Assembly: GCA_905194315.1 (NCBI GenBank) | Contig: CAJJRX010000005.1 | Span: forward strand, 1,971-65,970 | Length of the DNA stretch: 64,000 bases | Direction: 5' to 3' | Origin: an uncultured Sutterella sp. | GTDB taxonomy: Bacteria; Pseudomonadota; Gammaproteobacteria; Burkholderiales; Burkholderiaceae_F | Part shown: one piece after another, positions 1 through 9,962 of the stretch | How positions within the stretch are numbered: position 1 is the stretch's first letter | How the letters are laid out: each line of letters opens with the position of its first letter | Notes under the pieces: model-generated | Told to the model about the DNA's origin: nothing | Databases searched by the model: none | The model's input: the letters and a program-made list of their open reading frames with translations, nothing else | Made by a program: the position numbers and the translations under genes

Positions 1-1
1 A

Positions 2-697
2 ATGCGTTTTGACCTTCAGGAAGGCTTCCCTTTAGTGACGACTAAAAAACTGCATCTGCGCTCGATTATTCATGAGCTGCTGTGGTTTCTCAACGGTGAC
101 TCCAACATCCGTTACCTCAAGGAAAACGGCGTGAGCATCTGGGATGAATGGGCCGACGAGAACGGTGATCTCGGTCCTGTCTACGGCGTGCAGTGGCGCA
201 GCTGGCCTGCCCCTGACGGCCGTCATATCGATCAGATCAGTAATGTGCTCAAGCAGATCAGAGAAACCCCGGACAGCCGCCGCATGATCGTCTGCGCCTG
301 GAATCCCGGCGTCATTGACCAGATGGCGCTGCCGCCGTGCCACTGCCTCTTTCAGTTTTATGTTGCCGACGGAAAACTCAGCTGCCAGCTCTACCAGCGC
401 TCCTGCGATATTTTCCTCGGCGTGCCGTTCAATATCGCAAGCTACTCCCTGCTCACGCATATGTTTGCCCAGCAGTGCGATCTTGAGCCCGGTGAATTTG
501 TCTGGACCGGCGGGGACTGCCACCTCTATGACAACCACATGGAACAGGTCGCCCTGCAGCTCTCGCGTGAACCGCGTCCGTATCCGAAGCTTGTCATCCA
601 CCGCCGTCCGGATTCGCTCTTTGACTACCGCTATGAGGACTTTGAGATCGTGGGTTACGATCCCCATCCCCATATCAAGGCGCCTGTGGCGGTCTGA
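2..697 (+). CDS. thyA: Thymidylate synthase (5' end lies upstream of the window)
   Basis: Motifs [21 protein letters not shown] (catalytic Cys) and [18 protein letters not shown]. The ORF starts mid-protein at MRFDL. Confidence 0.98.
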   Translation: MRFDLQEGFPLVTTKKLHLRSIIHELLWFLNGDSNIRYLKENGVSIWDEWADENGDLGPVYGVQWRSWPAPDGRHIDQISNVLKQIRETPDSRRMIVCAWNPGVIDQMALPPCHCLFQFYVADGKLSCQLYQRSCDIFLGVPFNIASYSLLTHMFAQQCDLEPGEFVWTGGDCHLYDNHMEQVALQLSREPRPYPKLVIHRRPDSLFDYRYEDFEIVGYDPHPHIKAPVAV

Positions 698-709
698 TCC
701 GGAGGCAGC

Positions 710-1195
710 ATGATTGTCGATATGATTGTCGCCTGTGCGAGCAACCGGGTCATCGGCGCGGATAACCGGCTGCTCTGGAGAATTCCGGAGGACTTTGCCC
801 ACTTCAAACGGGTTACGATGGGTCACGCCGTCATCATGGGCCGGAAGACCTGGGAGTCGATCGGTCGTCCCCTTCCCGGACGCAAAAATGTTGTTATCAC
901 CCGTCAGACAGGGTATCAGGCGGAGGGGGCGGACGTCGTCAGCTCGCTCGATGCAGCCCTCGATATGCTCAAAGATCAGGAGCGCGTTTTTGTGATCGGC
1001 GGCGGAGAAATCTACCGTCAGGCAATGCCCAAAGCCGACCACATCTGGGTGACGGTTGTGGGTCAGAATTTCGAGGGGGATACGACCTTCCCCGAAATTG
1101 ATCCTTTACTCTGGAAGGAGACGGTTGTTTCCGTTTTACCGCCGACGCAGGAGCGTCCTTTTGAGGTCAGCTTCCGGGAATATCACCGGCGCTGA
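710..1195 (+). CDS. folA: Dihydrofolate reductase
   Basis: Motifs VIG..N.LLW.IPEDFAHFK, VIMGRKTWESIGRPLPGRKN and VIGGGEIY. GGAGG RBS; directly follows thyA. Confidence 0.98.
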   Translation: MIVDMIVACASNRVIGADNRLLWRIPEDFAHFKRVTMGHAVIMGRKTWESIGRPLPGRKNVVITRQTGYQAEGADVVSSLDAALDMLKDQERVFVIGGGEIYRQAMPKADHIWVTVVGQNFEGDTTFPEIDPLLWKETVVSVLPPTQERPFEVSFREYHRR

Positions 1196-1206
1196 AAAAT
1201 TTTCCC

Positions 1207-1422
1207 TGTGGATAAATAACCGGTTGCCTATTTTTTAGGCAGCCGGTTATTTTTATTACAGCCCTTGACAGACTAGCGTTTTGGGTGTATGTACCCCTGA
1301 CTTATACACACGCCGGAGAAAAAGTTGTCCACAGTTTCTGTGTGTAACTCTGGAAAACCGGACCTTTTTTCCGGCGTATTGCTTAATTATCAAAGACTTA
1401 GGGGTTTGCCTATTTTTTAGGC
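1207..1422. promoter_or_regulatory. DnaA-box cluster with IHF and Fis consensus sites (DARS2/datA/oriC-like)
   Basis: DnaA boxes: TGTGGATAA 1207-1215 and TTATACACA 1302-1310 (exact), TTGTCCACA 1325-1333 and TGTGTGTAA 1339-1347 (one mismatch each). IHF consensus TATCAAAGACTTA 1388-1400. GCCTATTTTTTAGGC at 1226-1240 and 1408-1422. Confidence 0.7.
1214..1254 (+). terminator. Probable intrinsic terminator of thyA-folA (hairpin also contains a Fis-consensus site)
   Basis: Inverted repeat AAATAACCGGTTGCCTA...TAGGCAGCCGGTTATTT followed by a short T run. Confidence 0.6.
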
Positions 1423-1513
1423 AACTGCGGGACTGTTCCGGGATGATCCTCAAGCCTGTTTCCCGGCAGAAAGACGTAAGCTGCGGCAGGGGGATTTTGG
1501 AGCCGGACAAACG

Positions 1514-1550
1514 AAAAGAGCGCTGTTTCTCTTCACAGGAAACAGCGCTC
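1514..1550 (-). terminator. Intrinsic terminator of tRNA-Arg
   Basis: GAGCGCTGTTTC/GAAACAGCGCTC inverted repeat with a T tail on the minus strand. Confidence 0.75.
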
Positions 1551-1558
1551 GGAATTGG

Positions 1559-1635
1559 TGGCGCGGCTGGCAGGATTCGAACCCACGACCCTCTGGTTCG
1601 TAGCCAGATACTCTATCCAACTGAGCTACAGCCGC
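1559..1635 (-). tRNA. tRNA-Arg(ACG)
   Basis: Minus strand reads GCGGCTGTAGCTCAGTTGGATAGAG...CTACGAA...GTTCGAATCC...GCCGCGCCA; anticodon ACG; 77 nt. Confidence 0.97.
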
Positions 1636-1748
1636 AAAAGCGCAGAACCCGTATATTACACACTTTTCTCGCGGTTGACAAGGGTAGGGGAGAAAATACC
1701 AAAAAAATGGGATCTTCTGTCCGGATACGCCGTCACGCGGTGCATTTT

Positions 1749-2000
1749 CTACGGTTTGTGTTCAATGACCGAGACGTACTGAGGGGTGCCCTCAGCCTCG
1801 AGCGTCTCCCCGCTCACGAAGCGGTGACCGGTCTGAGTGCAGAACTGCTTGAGGTCGGGGATGCTGTGCGGATCGGTGCTGATGACACGGATCAGCTCCC
1901 CGGGGTTCATCCTGGCGAGTGCCTTTTTGGTTTTAAGCACCGGAATGGGGCAGGCCTCGCCGGGCAGGCAGAGTTCGGTAACAGGCAGCGTTTGCATCAT
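1749..2000 (-). CDS. tusA: Sulfurtransferase, TusA/SirA family
   Basis: 83 aa with CPxP motif (GEACPIPV) and VISTDPHS..DL..FC. Confidence 0.85.
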   Translation of the reverse strand: MMQTLPVTELCLPGEACPIPVLKTKKALARMNPGELIRVISTDPHSIPDLKQFCTQTGHRFVSGETLEAEGTPQYVSVIEHKP

Positions 2001-2137
2001 AAATGTCCTTTTTTCCGTCCTGCGGGCACCGTAGTGCCTGCAGGCATGTGAAAAAGGAGGCGCCGGTACGGTGCCCGGCAGCCTCCTTGATGTCTGAAGC
2101 AGGTCTCAAAGGCGTTCAGACGCCTTCTCGAATACGC

Positions 2138-4765
2138 TTAGAGCTTGGCCTCAATCCAGGCGTAAACGCTCTTGAGCGCCTCGTCAAGGCCTTCAGCGCT
2201 CTGTGCGCCGGCCATAGCCATATCGGGCTTGCCGCCGCCCTTGCCGCCGAGCGGCACGGCCACGACATTGACGAGCTCGCCGGCCTTGATGCGGCCGGTG
2301 AGATCACGGGAGACGCCGGCGGCGAGCTGAACCTTGCCGTCCGCAGAGACCGTGGCGAGCACCGCAGCGACGGTGCCGAGCTTGTCCTTGACTTTGTCCA
2401 TCGTTTCACGCAGCGCCTTGACATCCACGCCGTCAAGACGGGCGGTGAGAACCTTGATGCCCTTGACGTCAACGGCGTTTTCAATCAGGGTGTCACCCAC
2501 GCGGGAGGCCATCTTGCTCTTGAGCTGATCGAGCGCCTTTTCAAGCGTCTTCATATCCTCGAGCATCGAGTCGATCTTGCCGGGCAGCTCGTCGGTCTTC
2601 ACATTGAGGCGGCGGATAACACCGCTGAGCACGTCAGCGTTGTGCTGCGCCACACGCAGTGCATTGAGACCGGTCTGGGCTTCAATACGGCGAACGCCGG
2701 CAGCCACCCCCGCCTCGGAGATGATCTTGAACGAGCCGATATCGCCGGTGCGTTCAACGTGGCAGCCGCCGCAGAATTCGATCGAGGAGCCGATGTTCAT
2801 CACGCGCACGATGTCGTCGTACTTTTCCCCGAAGAGCATCAGGGCGCCGGTTTCCTTGGCCTGATCAATCGGCATCACACGGGCCTGAGTCGGCGTGTTA
2901 GCCAGGATTTCACCATTGACCATATCTTCGACGGCACGGATCTGCTCATCGGTCATGGGCTTGTTGTGCGAGAAGTCAAATCGCAGCACATCGGGGCTCA
3001 CCAGAGAGCCCTTCTGCTGAACGTGCTCGCCGAGCACCTTGCGAAGAGCCTTCTGCAGCAGGTGAGTGGCGGAGTGGTTGCGAACCGTGGCGGCACGGAG
3101 CTCTTCGTTGACGAGAAGCGTGAAGGTTTCACCGACGCTCACATGACCTTCGACAACATGGATATGCTGACCGGTCACCTTGCCCTTGACACGGAACGTG
3201 TCGAGCACGTCCAGAATGGAGGTGTCGTTGACGCAGCGGCCGCGGTCACCGACCTGACCGCCCTGTTCGGCGTAGAACGGGGTACGGTCAAAGACCACGA
3301 CGGCATCGTCGCCGGCGTCCACGGTCTTGACAGCTTCACCGTCACGGTAGAGGGCGAGCACGCGGGCGCCTTTTTCCTCGAGCGTTTCATAGCCCGTGAA
3401 GACCGTATCGGCACCGTTGTATTCAAGGCCCTGAGCCATCTTGAACTTGGCGCTGGCACGGGCGGCGTCACGCTGACGCTGCATGGCGGCGTCAAAGCCG
3501 GCGATGTCAACCTTGAGGCCGCGCTCACGGCAGACGTCACCGGTCAGGTCGGCCGGGAAGCCGTACGTGTCGTGCAGCTTGAAGAGGACCTCACCGTCGA
3601 GAATGCCGTTGCTGCAGTGCGCAATGGCGTCTTCGAGAATTTCCATCCCCTTGGAGATCGTCAGGAAGAAGCGTTCCTCTTCCTCTTTGATCACTTCGGC
3701 AATGCGCGGGTTGTTGAGCTCGGGATAGGCCTCACCCATTTCGGCACGCAGCGCATCAACAAGCGTGTAGAAGAACGGCGAGCGCGCACCGAGTTTGTAG
3801 CCGTGACGGATGGCGCGGCGGCAGATGCGGCGCAGCACGTAGGAGCGGCCCTCGTTGCCCGGCACAATGCCGTCGGCCACGGAGAAGGCGCAGGAGCGGA
3901 TATGGTCGGCAATCACCTTCAGAGAGGGCGAGCTGATGTCGGCCGGCGTTTCGCTCACACGGTCCACGGCAGCCTTGGCGGCAGCGAGCAGATTCTTGAA
4001 GAGGTCGATGTCGTAGTTGTTGTGCACGCCCTGGAGCACAGCGGCAATACGTTCCAGACCCATACCCGTGTCAACGCTGGGCTTGGGCAGCGGATGCATC
4101 ACGCCGCGCTCGTCGCGGTTGAACTGCATGAACACGAGGTTCCAGATTTCAATGTAGCGGTCACCGTCTTCATCGGGGCTGCCCGGAGGGCCGCCCTGGA
4201 CTTCCTCGCCGTGGTCGTAGAAGATTTCCGAGCACGGACCGCACGGACCCGTATCGCCCATCATCCAGAAGTTGTCGGACATGTAGCGGGCGCCTTTGTT
4301 GTCGCCGATACGCACAATACGTTCGGCCGGCACACCGACCTCTTTGTTCCAGATGTTGTAGGCCTCATCGTCCTCGGCGTAGACCGTCACCCAGAGCTTT
4401 TCCGCCGGGAGCATGAAGTGCTTCGTGAGCAGTTCCCAGGCGAAATTGATCGCATCATGCTTGAAATAGTCGCCAAACGAGAAGTTGCCGAGCATTTCAA
4501 AGAAGGTGTGATGACGTGCGGTGTAGCCCACATTGTCAAGGTCGTTGTGCTTGCCGCCGGCGCGGATGCACTTCTGACTGGTGGTGGCACGGCTGTAGGG
4601 GCGCTTGTCAAAGCCCAGGAACACGTCCTTGAACTGATTCATGCCGGCGTTGGTAAAGAGCAGGGTCGGGTCGTTTCCGGGAACCACCGGGCTCGAGGAA
4701 ACAATCGTATGACCCTTGCTTTCGAAGAACTTCAGATAGGTTCGACGAATGTCTGCGACTTTCAT
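2138..4765 (-). CDS. alaS: Alanine--tRNA ligase
   Basis: Motifs [34 protein letters not shown], editing [16 protein letters not shown] and C-terminal GGKGGG. Confidence 0.99.
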   Translation of the reverse strand: MKVADIRRTYLKFFESKGHTIVSSSPVVPGNDPTLLFTNAGMNQFKDVFLGFDKRPYSRATTSQKCIRAGGKHNDLDNVGYTARHHTFFEMLGNFSFGDYFKHDAINFAWELLTKHFMLPAEKLWVTVYAEDDEAYNIWNKEVGVPAERIVRIGDNKGARYMSDNFWMMGDTGPCGPCSEIFYDHGEEVQGGPPGSPDEDGDRYIEIWNLVFMQFNRDERGVMHPLPKPSVDTGMGLERIAAVLQGVHNNYDIDLFKNLLAAAKAAVDRVSETPADISSPSLKVIADHIRSCAFSVADGIVPGNEGRSYVLRRICRRAIRHGYKLGARSPFFYTLVDALRAEMGEAYPELNNPRIAEVIKEEEERFFLTISKGMEILEDAIAHCSNGILDGEVLFKLHDTYGFPADLTGDVCRERGLKVDIAGFDAAMQRQRDAARASAKFKMAQGLEYNGADTVFTGYETLEEKGARVLALYRDGEAVKTVDAGDDAVVVFDRTPFYAEQGGQVGDRGRCVNDTSILDVLDTFRVKGKVTGQHIHVVEGHVSVGETFTLLVNEELRAATVRNHSATHLLQKALRKVLGEHVQQKGSLVSPDVLRFDFSHNKPMTDEQIRAVEDMVNGEILANTPTQARVMPIDQAKETGALMLFGEKYDDIVRVMNIGSSIEFCGGCHVERTGDIGSFKIISEAGVAAGVRRIEAQTGLNALRVAQHNADVLSGVIRRLNVKTDELPGKIDSMLEDMKTLEKALDQLKSKMASRVGDTLIENAVDVKGIKVLTARLDGVDVKALRETMDKVKDKLGTVAAVLATVSADGKVQLAAGVSRDLTGRIKAGELVNVVAVPLGGKGGGKPDMAMAGAQSAEGLDEALKSVYAWIEAKL

Positions 4766-5066
4766 GATATTTACTTACTGTTAGTGTTGTCTCTGAACCG
4801 GCGGCAGAGCCTGCCGTTCTCTGGTTCCCGAGACGTTGGAATTCTGTTCTTGAAAGGGCACCCGAAGTGTGCACGCCTTTCAGGCGAAAAGCCTTATTTT
4901 ACTGCTAACTTCCTGTTTGTCGACAAATTGTAGGCTCGGATGTACAAAATTTGCGCGACGAGCGTCGCCCCGGGGTGAGTCGGGCCCCTGGCCGGGCGGC
5001 ACGAAAAAAACTCCCCTGCACCCGGGGAGCGGGTACAGGGGAGGGGAAAGGAAACCGGATCCGGTA

Positions 5067-6467
5067 TCAGGCGATACGCGAATAGCCGCCCGCGCGGGTG
5101 GATTCACGCAGATAGCGGTCAAACTGCATGGCCACCGCACGCACGAAAATCTTGCCCTTGGCAGAGACCACCAGACGGTCATCGTAGAGCTCGACGAGTT
5201 CGTGCTTGACGTAGGGCTTCATCTTGGACCATTCATAGGCAAAGGTTTCGTCAAAGTTGATGTTGAAGCGCTCTTCGACGTCACGCTTTTTCAGCTCGAA
5301 GTTGCACATGATGGTCATGATCACATAACGGCGCAGCTCATCATCTTCCGTGAGCCAGTAACCGCGGTTCGTGGCCAGATGACCGGCGCGGATCGCCGCA
5401 TAGTAATCGTCGATTTCGCGCGGATTGCAGGCGTAGGCATTGTCGATCTTGCTGATGGCCGAGACGCCGAGCGCCACCATGTCACATTCGGCACGGGTGG
5501 AGTAGCCCTGGAAGTTGCGCTGCAGGGTGCCTTCACGCTGTGCGATGGAGAGCTCGTCGTCCTCCTTGGCGAAATGGTCCATCCCGATGTAGCGGTAGCC
5601 GTTGGCCGTCAGACGGGTGATGGCGTCGAACATGATGTTGACCTTTTCAACGGTATCGGGCAGGTCCGCAGGCAGGATGCGGCGCTGGCTCTTGAAGTGG
5701 TTCGGCAGATGCGCATAGTGGTAGAGCGCGATGCGGTCGGGCGAGAGTTCAAGCACCTGATCGATCGTCTTTTCAAAGGTCTTGCGGTTCTGCTTGGGCA
5801 GGCCGTAGATCAGGTCGATGTTGACCGATTCGAAACCGTTTTCACGGGCGGCATCAATCGTGGCCTTCGTCATTTCAAAGGGCTGAATGCGGTTGACCGC
5901 CTTCTGCACATCAGGATTGAAGTCCTGCACGCCGAGCGACATGCGGTTCAGACCGAGGCGCTTGAGGTTGGCCACCTTGGCGGGGTCACAGGTGCGGGGG
6001 TCAACCTCGATCGAGAACTCACCGTCTTTGGCGAGCGGGAAGCGGCTGGTGAGCTCTTCCATCAGACGGGCCATTTCATCCTCGGCGAGATACGTGGGCG
6101 TGCCGCCGCCGAAGTGCAGCTGTTCGAGTTCGGTCGAACCGGTGAGTTTGTCTTTGACCATCTGCGCCTCCTGTGCGAGCACGTCAATGTACTCGGCACT
6201 GCGGGAGTGGTCACGGGTGATGATCTTGTTGCAGCCGCAGTAGTAACAGATGTCATTGCAAAACGGCACATGCACGTACAGCGAAAGCGGTGCAGGGAAT
6301 TTTGCCTGTTCACGCAGAGCCAGCGCTTTGACGTAGTCGTCAACGCCAAACTCAGTGTGGAAGCGGTCTGCCGTCGGGTAGGACGTATAGCGGGGTGCGG
6401 GCACATCGAACTTGCGAAGAAGCTCCATGTCGGGGAGTTCAACACCACTGGTTGCGGGATTAGTCAT
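5067..6467 (-). CDS. hemN: Oxygen-independent coproporphyrinogen III oxidase (radical SAM)
   Basis: Motifs PRYTSYPTA, LYVHVPFCNDICYYCGC (CxxxCxxC), HFGGGTP and RNFQGYS. Start placed at the ATG after an AAGGA RBS. Confidence 0.97.
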   Translation of the reverse strand: MTNPATSGVELPDMELLRKFDVPAPRYTSYPTADRFHTEFGVDDYVKALALREQAKFPAPLSLYVHVPFCNDICYYCGCNKIITRDHSRSAEYIDVLAQEAQMVKDKLTGSTELEQLHFGGGTPTYLAEDEMARLMEELTSRFPLAKDGEFSIEVDPRTCDPAKVANLKRLGLNRMSLGVQDFNPDVQKAVNRIQPFEMTKATIDAARENGFESVNIDLIYGLPKQNRKTFEKTIDQVLELSPDRIALYHYAHLPNHFKSQRRILPADLPDTVEKVNIMFDAITRLTANGYRYIGMDHFAKEDDELSIAQREGTLQRNFQGYSTRAECDMVALGVSAISKIDNAYACNPREIDDYYAAIRAGHLATNRGYWLTEDDELRRYVIMTIMCNFELKKRDVEERFNINFDETFAYEWSKMKPYVKHELVELYDDRLVVSAKGKIFVRAVAMQFDRYLRESTRAGGYSRIA

Positions 6468-6536
6468 CTGATCATTCCTTGGCTTGTGACTTAGATTAAA
6501 CTTTGCGGGAATTGCATTCCACAAAATAATGGTTTA

Positions 6537-6550
6537 TTGATACTAGTCAA
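6537..6550. promoter_or_regulatory. FNR box upstream of hemN
   Basis: TTGATACTAGTCAA, one mismatch to TTGAT-N4-ATCAA, between divergent hemN and fnr. Confidence 0.75.
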
Positions 6551-6956
6551 AACATTTTTTGTTAGCTAAACTAACGAAACAGTTTGACGGTTTTCTCAAC
6601 AGACATCTTATTAAGACAGAATAGATTTTAGAGTCTCCATATTACTGCAACATTATTAAGCCCTTGGGAGAGGATTTTAAGAGATAGGGGTTTCCCTAGG
6701 TAGTAGTTTTATGGTTGTCTGACCCCGAATGCTGTTGATTTCAGAGGATTTTTCCGCTGGTGACGGCGAGTCCTCCGGACGGAGAACTGTTTGAGTGGAT
6801 CCGGAAAAAGTGCTCCGGATCCGGCTTTGGAAACACCGTATAAGGTTGCGCAAATCTTGTACGGCGGACAGCTTCAGGCTGGCGTCACGGCGCCGCACCG
6901 GTTCGGGCCGGCACGGGCTGCGGCGGTGATGAGGCAGAAATTGTCGATATGGGAGA

Positions 6957-7838
6957 ATGAAAAGCATGATAAATATGGCAACACCCAGGGTAGCTTGCTC
7001 CAACTGCAATCTGCGTGAAGTTTGCCTTCCTATGGGCCTGACTCTTCGAGAGGTGGAAAAACTCGAGGAACTGGTGGCCTCCCGGCGTCGAATCCGTCGC
7101 GGTGATGTGCTCTACCGCGCTGGTGACCATTTTGAGAACCTCTATGCCGTGAGGCTGGGCTTTCTCAAAAGCACGGTGATGAGCTCTGACGGGCGTGAGC
7201 AGGTGACCAACTTTTACATGGCCGGTGAAATGATCGGGATTGACGGCATTTCGAGCGGCGTGTATTCCTGCGACGTGGTTGCGCTTGAGGACACGGAGGT
7301 GTGCGTGATCCCCTACAGCCAGATGGAGGAGGCCACGACCACGATGCGTGCCATGGGGGTGCATTTCCAGAAGATGCTCTCGCGCGAAATTGTCCGTCAG
7401 CACGGCGTGATGCTGCTGCTCGGGAGTATGCACGCTGAAGAGCGTCTTGCGGCGTTTCTGCTTTCGCTTTCCCAGCGCTTTGAAAACCGCGGCTACTCGC
7501 GCAGCGAATTCGTGCTGCGTATGACCCGCGCTGAAATCGGTTCCTATCTGGGACTCAAGCTTGAAACCGTCAGCCGTGTGCTCTCGCGTTTCTCGCACGA
7601 CGGACTGATCGAGGTCAATCAGAAGCATGTGAGAATCTTTGATCCGGAAGGGCTGCGCGCCATCGTCTCCGCTGTCAATCTTGACCGCTCCAATCCGATG
7701 GAAAAGGGCAGTTTCGCCAAGCAGATCTCCGTGGTGCCGTACCGTCAGCCCGGCGACGAGCACCGCCCGTATGATGCCGCCCGGAAGAACGTTTCCATCG
7801 TTCGCGGCAATGCGCAGGGCGATGACAGTGAAGGCTGA
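6957..7838 (+). CDS. fnr: FNR-family anaerobic transcription regulator
   Basis: N-terminal CSNCNLREVC Fe-S ligands and HTH MTRAEIGSYLGLKLETVSR; divergent from hemN. Confidence 0.95.
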   Translation: MKSMINMATPRVACSNCNLREVCLPMGLTLREVEKLEELVASRRRIRRGDVLYRAGDHFENLYAVRLGFLKSTVMSSDGREQVTNFYMAGEMIGIDGISSGVYSCDVVALEDTEVCVIPYSQMEEATTTMRAMGVHFQKMLSREIVRQHGVMLLLGSMHAEERLAAFLLSLSQRFENRGYSRSEFVLRMTRAEIGSYLGLKLETVSRVLSRFSHDGLIEVNQKHVRIFDPEGLRAIVSAVNLDRSNPMEKGSFAKQISVVPYRQPGDEHRPYDAARKNVSIVRGNAQGDDSEG

Positions 7839-8000
7839 TCACGCCTGATGTGCTCCTGATCCAACCTGATGCCCGCCTGTGTCTCCGGCCCGGAGACCCG
7901 GTGCGGGCATTTTTTTACGGACAGGTTTTGTACCGCATGCGCCCGAAGGCGAGTACAATAGCGCTTTTTTGTTGAAACTTCCTGTTACTTCTGTCGAGAT

Positions 8001-8540
8001 ATGCTTCCGAATAACGCTCTTGAGCGCATCAAACAGACTTTGCGCACCATCCACGACTGGCCCCAGAAAGGCGTGGAGTTCCGTGATATCACCCCCGTGC
8101 TTCAGAATGCAGAAACTTTCCGCCTTCTGATCGATCTGTTCGCCGAGCGTTACAGGGAGTCTCAGATTGATGTGATTGTCGGGATTGATGCCCGCGGTTT
8201 TATTCTGGGCAGCGCGCTCGCCTATGCGCTTGGTGTCGGTTTTGTGCCGGCCCGCAAAAAGGGCAAGCTCCCCTACAACACGATCGGGGAGAACTACACT
8301 CTCGAATACGGTACAGCCTGTGTGGAGCTGCATGAGGATGCGGTCGGTCACGGTCAGCGGGTGCTGGTTGTCGACGATCTGATCGCCACGGGCGGCACCA
8401 TCCTTGCCACCTCAAAGCTCGTGCGTCGCCTTGGCGGCCATATTGTGGAGGTCTCGGCTATTATCGGCCTTGAGGATCTGCATGGCGTGTCGTTGCTCGA
8501 GAAAAACGGTCTCAAAGTGCACACCTTCCTCACGTTCTGA
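8001..8540 (+). CDS. apt: Adenine phosphoribosyltransferase
   Basis: Motifs DWPQKGVEFRDIT, GIDARGF, RKKGKLP, YTLEYG and VVDDLIATGGT. Confidence 0.97.
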   Translation: MLPNNALERIKQTLRTIHDWPQKGVEFRDITPVLQNAETFRLLIDLFAERYRESQIDVIVGIDARGFILGSALAYALGVGFVPARKKGKLPYNTIGENYTLEYGTACVELHEDAVGHGQRVLVVDDLIATGGTILATSKLVRRLGGHIVEVSAIIGLEDLHGVSLLEKNGLKVHTFLTF

Positions 8541-8661
8541 ACATCTGTGCAAAAGCGGGCGGGAACTGCCGTCAGCTGAACCATACAGAAAGAAAGGCCT
8601 CGCCGGACGCTGTCCGGTGAGGCCTTTTTTAATGCAAGCGTTTCAGCGCCTAAGAGACGGA

Positions 8662-9510
8662 TCAGAACGTGTTCTTGTCCGGATCCAGACCGGAGAATGC
8701 GGTCTCGGGCAGGGCGTCAATAGCAGCCATGTCCGCTTCGCTGATTTCAAAGTCAAAGACTTCGGTGTTGGCGATGATGCGGCTTTCCGTGACGGACTTC
8801 GGCAGCGGGAGCACGTCGTGCTGCAGGCACCAGCGGATGGCGAGCTGCGCGGTGGACTTGTTGTAGCGCGCGGCGATTTCGGCGAGCTTCGGATCGCTCA
8901 GCAGCTTGCCGTTGCCGAGCGGGCTCCAGGCTTCAACCAGAATGTTGTGCGCCTTGCAGAAAGCCACCGTCTCGGGCTGCATGAAACCGGGATGGAATTC
9001 GATCTGATTGACCATCGGCACAATGCCGGAGTCCATCAGCGCAGCAAGATGATGCGGCTTGAAGTTGGACACGCCGATCGACTTGATGCGACCGGCTTCG
9101 TAGAGCTCCATCATCGCCTTCCAGGTGTCGCGGTTAATCGTTTCCCAGTCGTCAAAGCGGCTCGAAGCGGCGGGCCAGTGGATCAGATAGAGATCAAGAT
9201 AGTCAAGGCCGAGATCCTTGAGCGTCTGCTCAAAAGCGGCCAGCGTGGTCTTGTAGCCGCGGTTGGCATTCCAGACCTTGCTCGTGACGAACAGGTCTTC
9301 ACGCTTGACGCGCGAGGCGGCGATGGCGGCGCCGACGCTGCGTTCGTTGCCGTACACGGCAGCCGTGTCAATATGACGGTAGCCGGCGCGCAGGGCCTGC
9401 ATCACGGCATTGACGGCCGTATCGCCGTCAGGTGTCTGCCACGTGCCGAAACCGACACACGGAATTTCATAGCCGTTGGCAAGGCGGAAGGTGCTTGTCA
9501 GATTCTGCAT
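8662..9510 (-). CDS. Aldo/keto reductase (2,5-DKG reductase-like)
   Basis: Motifs GFGTWQ, GYRHIDTAAVY, LDLYLIHWP, IGVSNF and LPKS. Start at the ATG after AGGAG. Confidence 0.93.
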   Translation of the reverse strand: MQNLTSTFRLANGYEIPCVGFGTWQTPDGDTAVNAVMQALRAGYRHIDTAAVYGNERSVGAAIAASRVKREDLFVTSKVWNANRGYKTTLAAFEQTLKDLGLDYLDLYLIHWPAASSRFDDWETINRDTWKAMMELYEAGRIKSIGVSNFKPHHLAALMDSGIVPMVNQIEFHPGFMQPETVAFCKAHNILVEAWSPLGNGKLLSDPKLAEIAARYNKSTAQLAIRWCLQHDVLPLPKSVTESRIIANTEVFDFEISEADMAAIDALPETAFSGLDPDKNTF

Positions 9511-9962
9511 ATTCACTCCTGAAAACTGTATCAATCATGTGCTCAGTCCGGACTGCCGCCAGTAGAGGGAGTCCGGCTGAGGTACTCAAAAAGTGAACCT
9601 ATTGTACAAACATGTGTCCTGCAGAGCATAGGCGGTAAACAAATTAATACGAATTTTCTCGAAATGACTTCTCTAAGCCATGCGCCGGCAAGGTTTTTAG
9701 CTTTAGCGTCTTTGCTGCCGTCAGCTGCTGATCGGTTCGCAGTCGGATGGCACCGGTGCGACGATGCTCACGAAAACAACGTCTGGGATGCCGCAGAGTC
9801 GCGTCTACGCAGGACACACTACGGCATCCTTTGTAGTGCGGCTGAGCGGGCTTAAAAGAAGCGCAGCAGAGTGCCGGAAAAGGCGCGAACCGCCGCTGTT
9901 CTGGCATAAGATTAACTGCTGGAACACTCAAAATATCCCCCCTTTTTTTGAGAGAACACACT

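Noticed and set aside
1556..1561. Genomically encoded CCACCA at the tRNA-Arg 3' end
   Set aside because: A 3-nt match is easily chance and the acceptor stem is fully paired, so there is no support for a degradation tag.
4766..4830. Long hairpin in the alaS leader as a possible T-box
   Set aside because: No GGTGGNACC T-box sequence, specifier stem or terminator.
2003..4933. 976-aa plus-strand ORF and similar long antisense ORFs (4869-6494, 24921-26285, 29970-31205, 56328-57665 and others)
   Set aside because: They are shadows of real genes caused by GC-rich codon bias and show no recognisable motifs.
9664..9855. 63-aa ORF between the aldo/keto reductase and the amidohydrolases
   Set aside because: No RBS and no recognisable motif.
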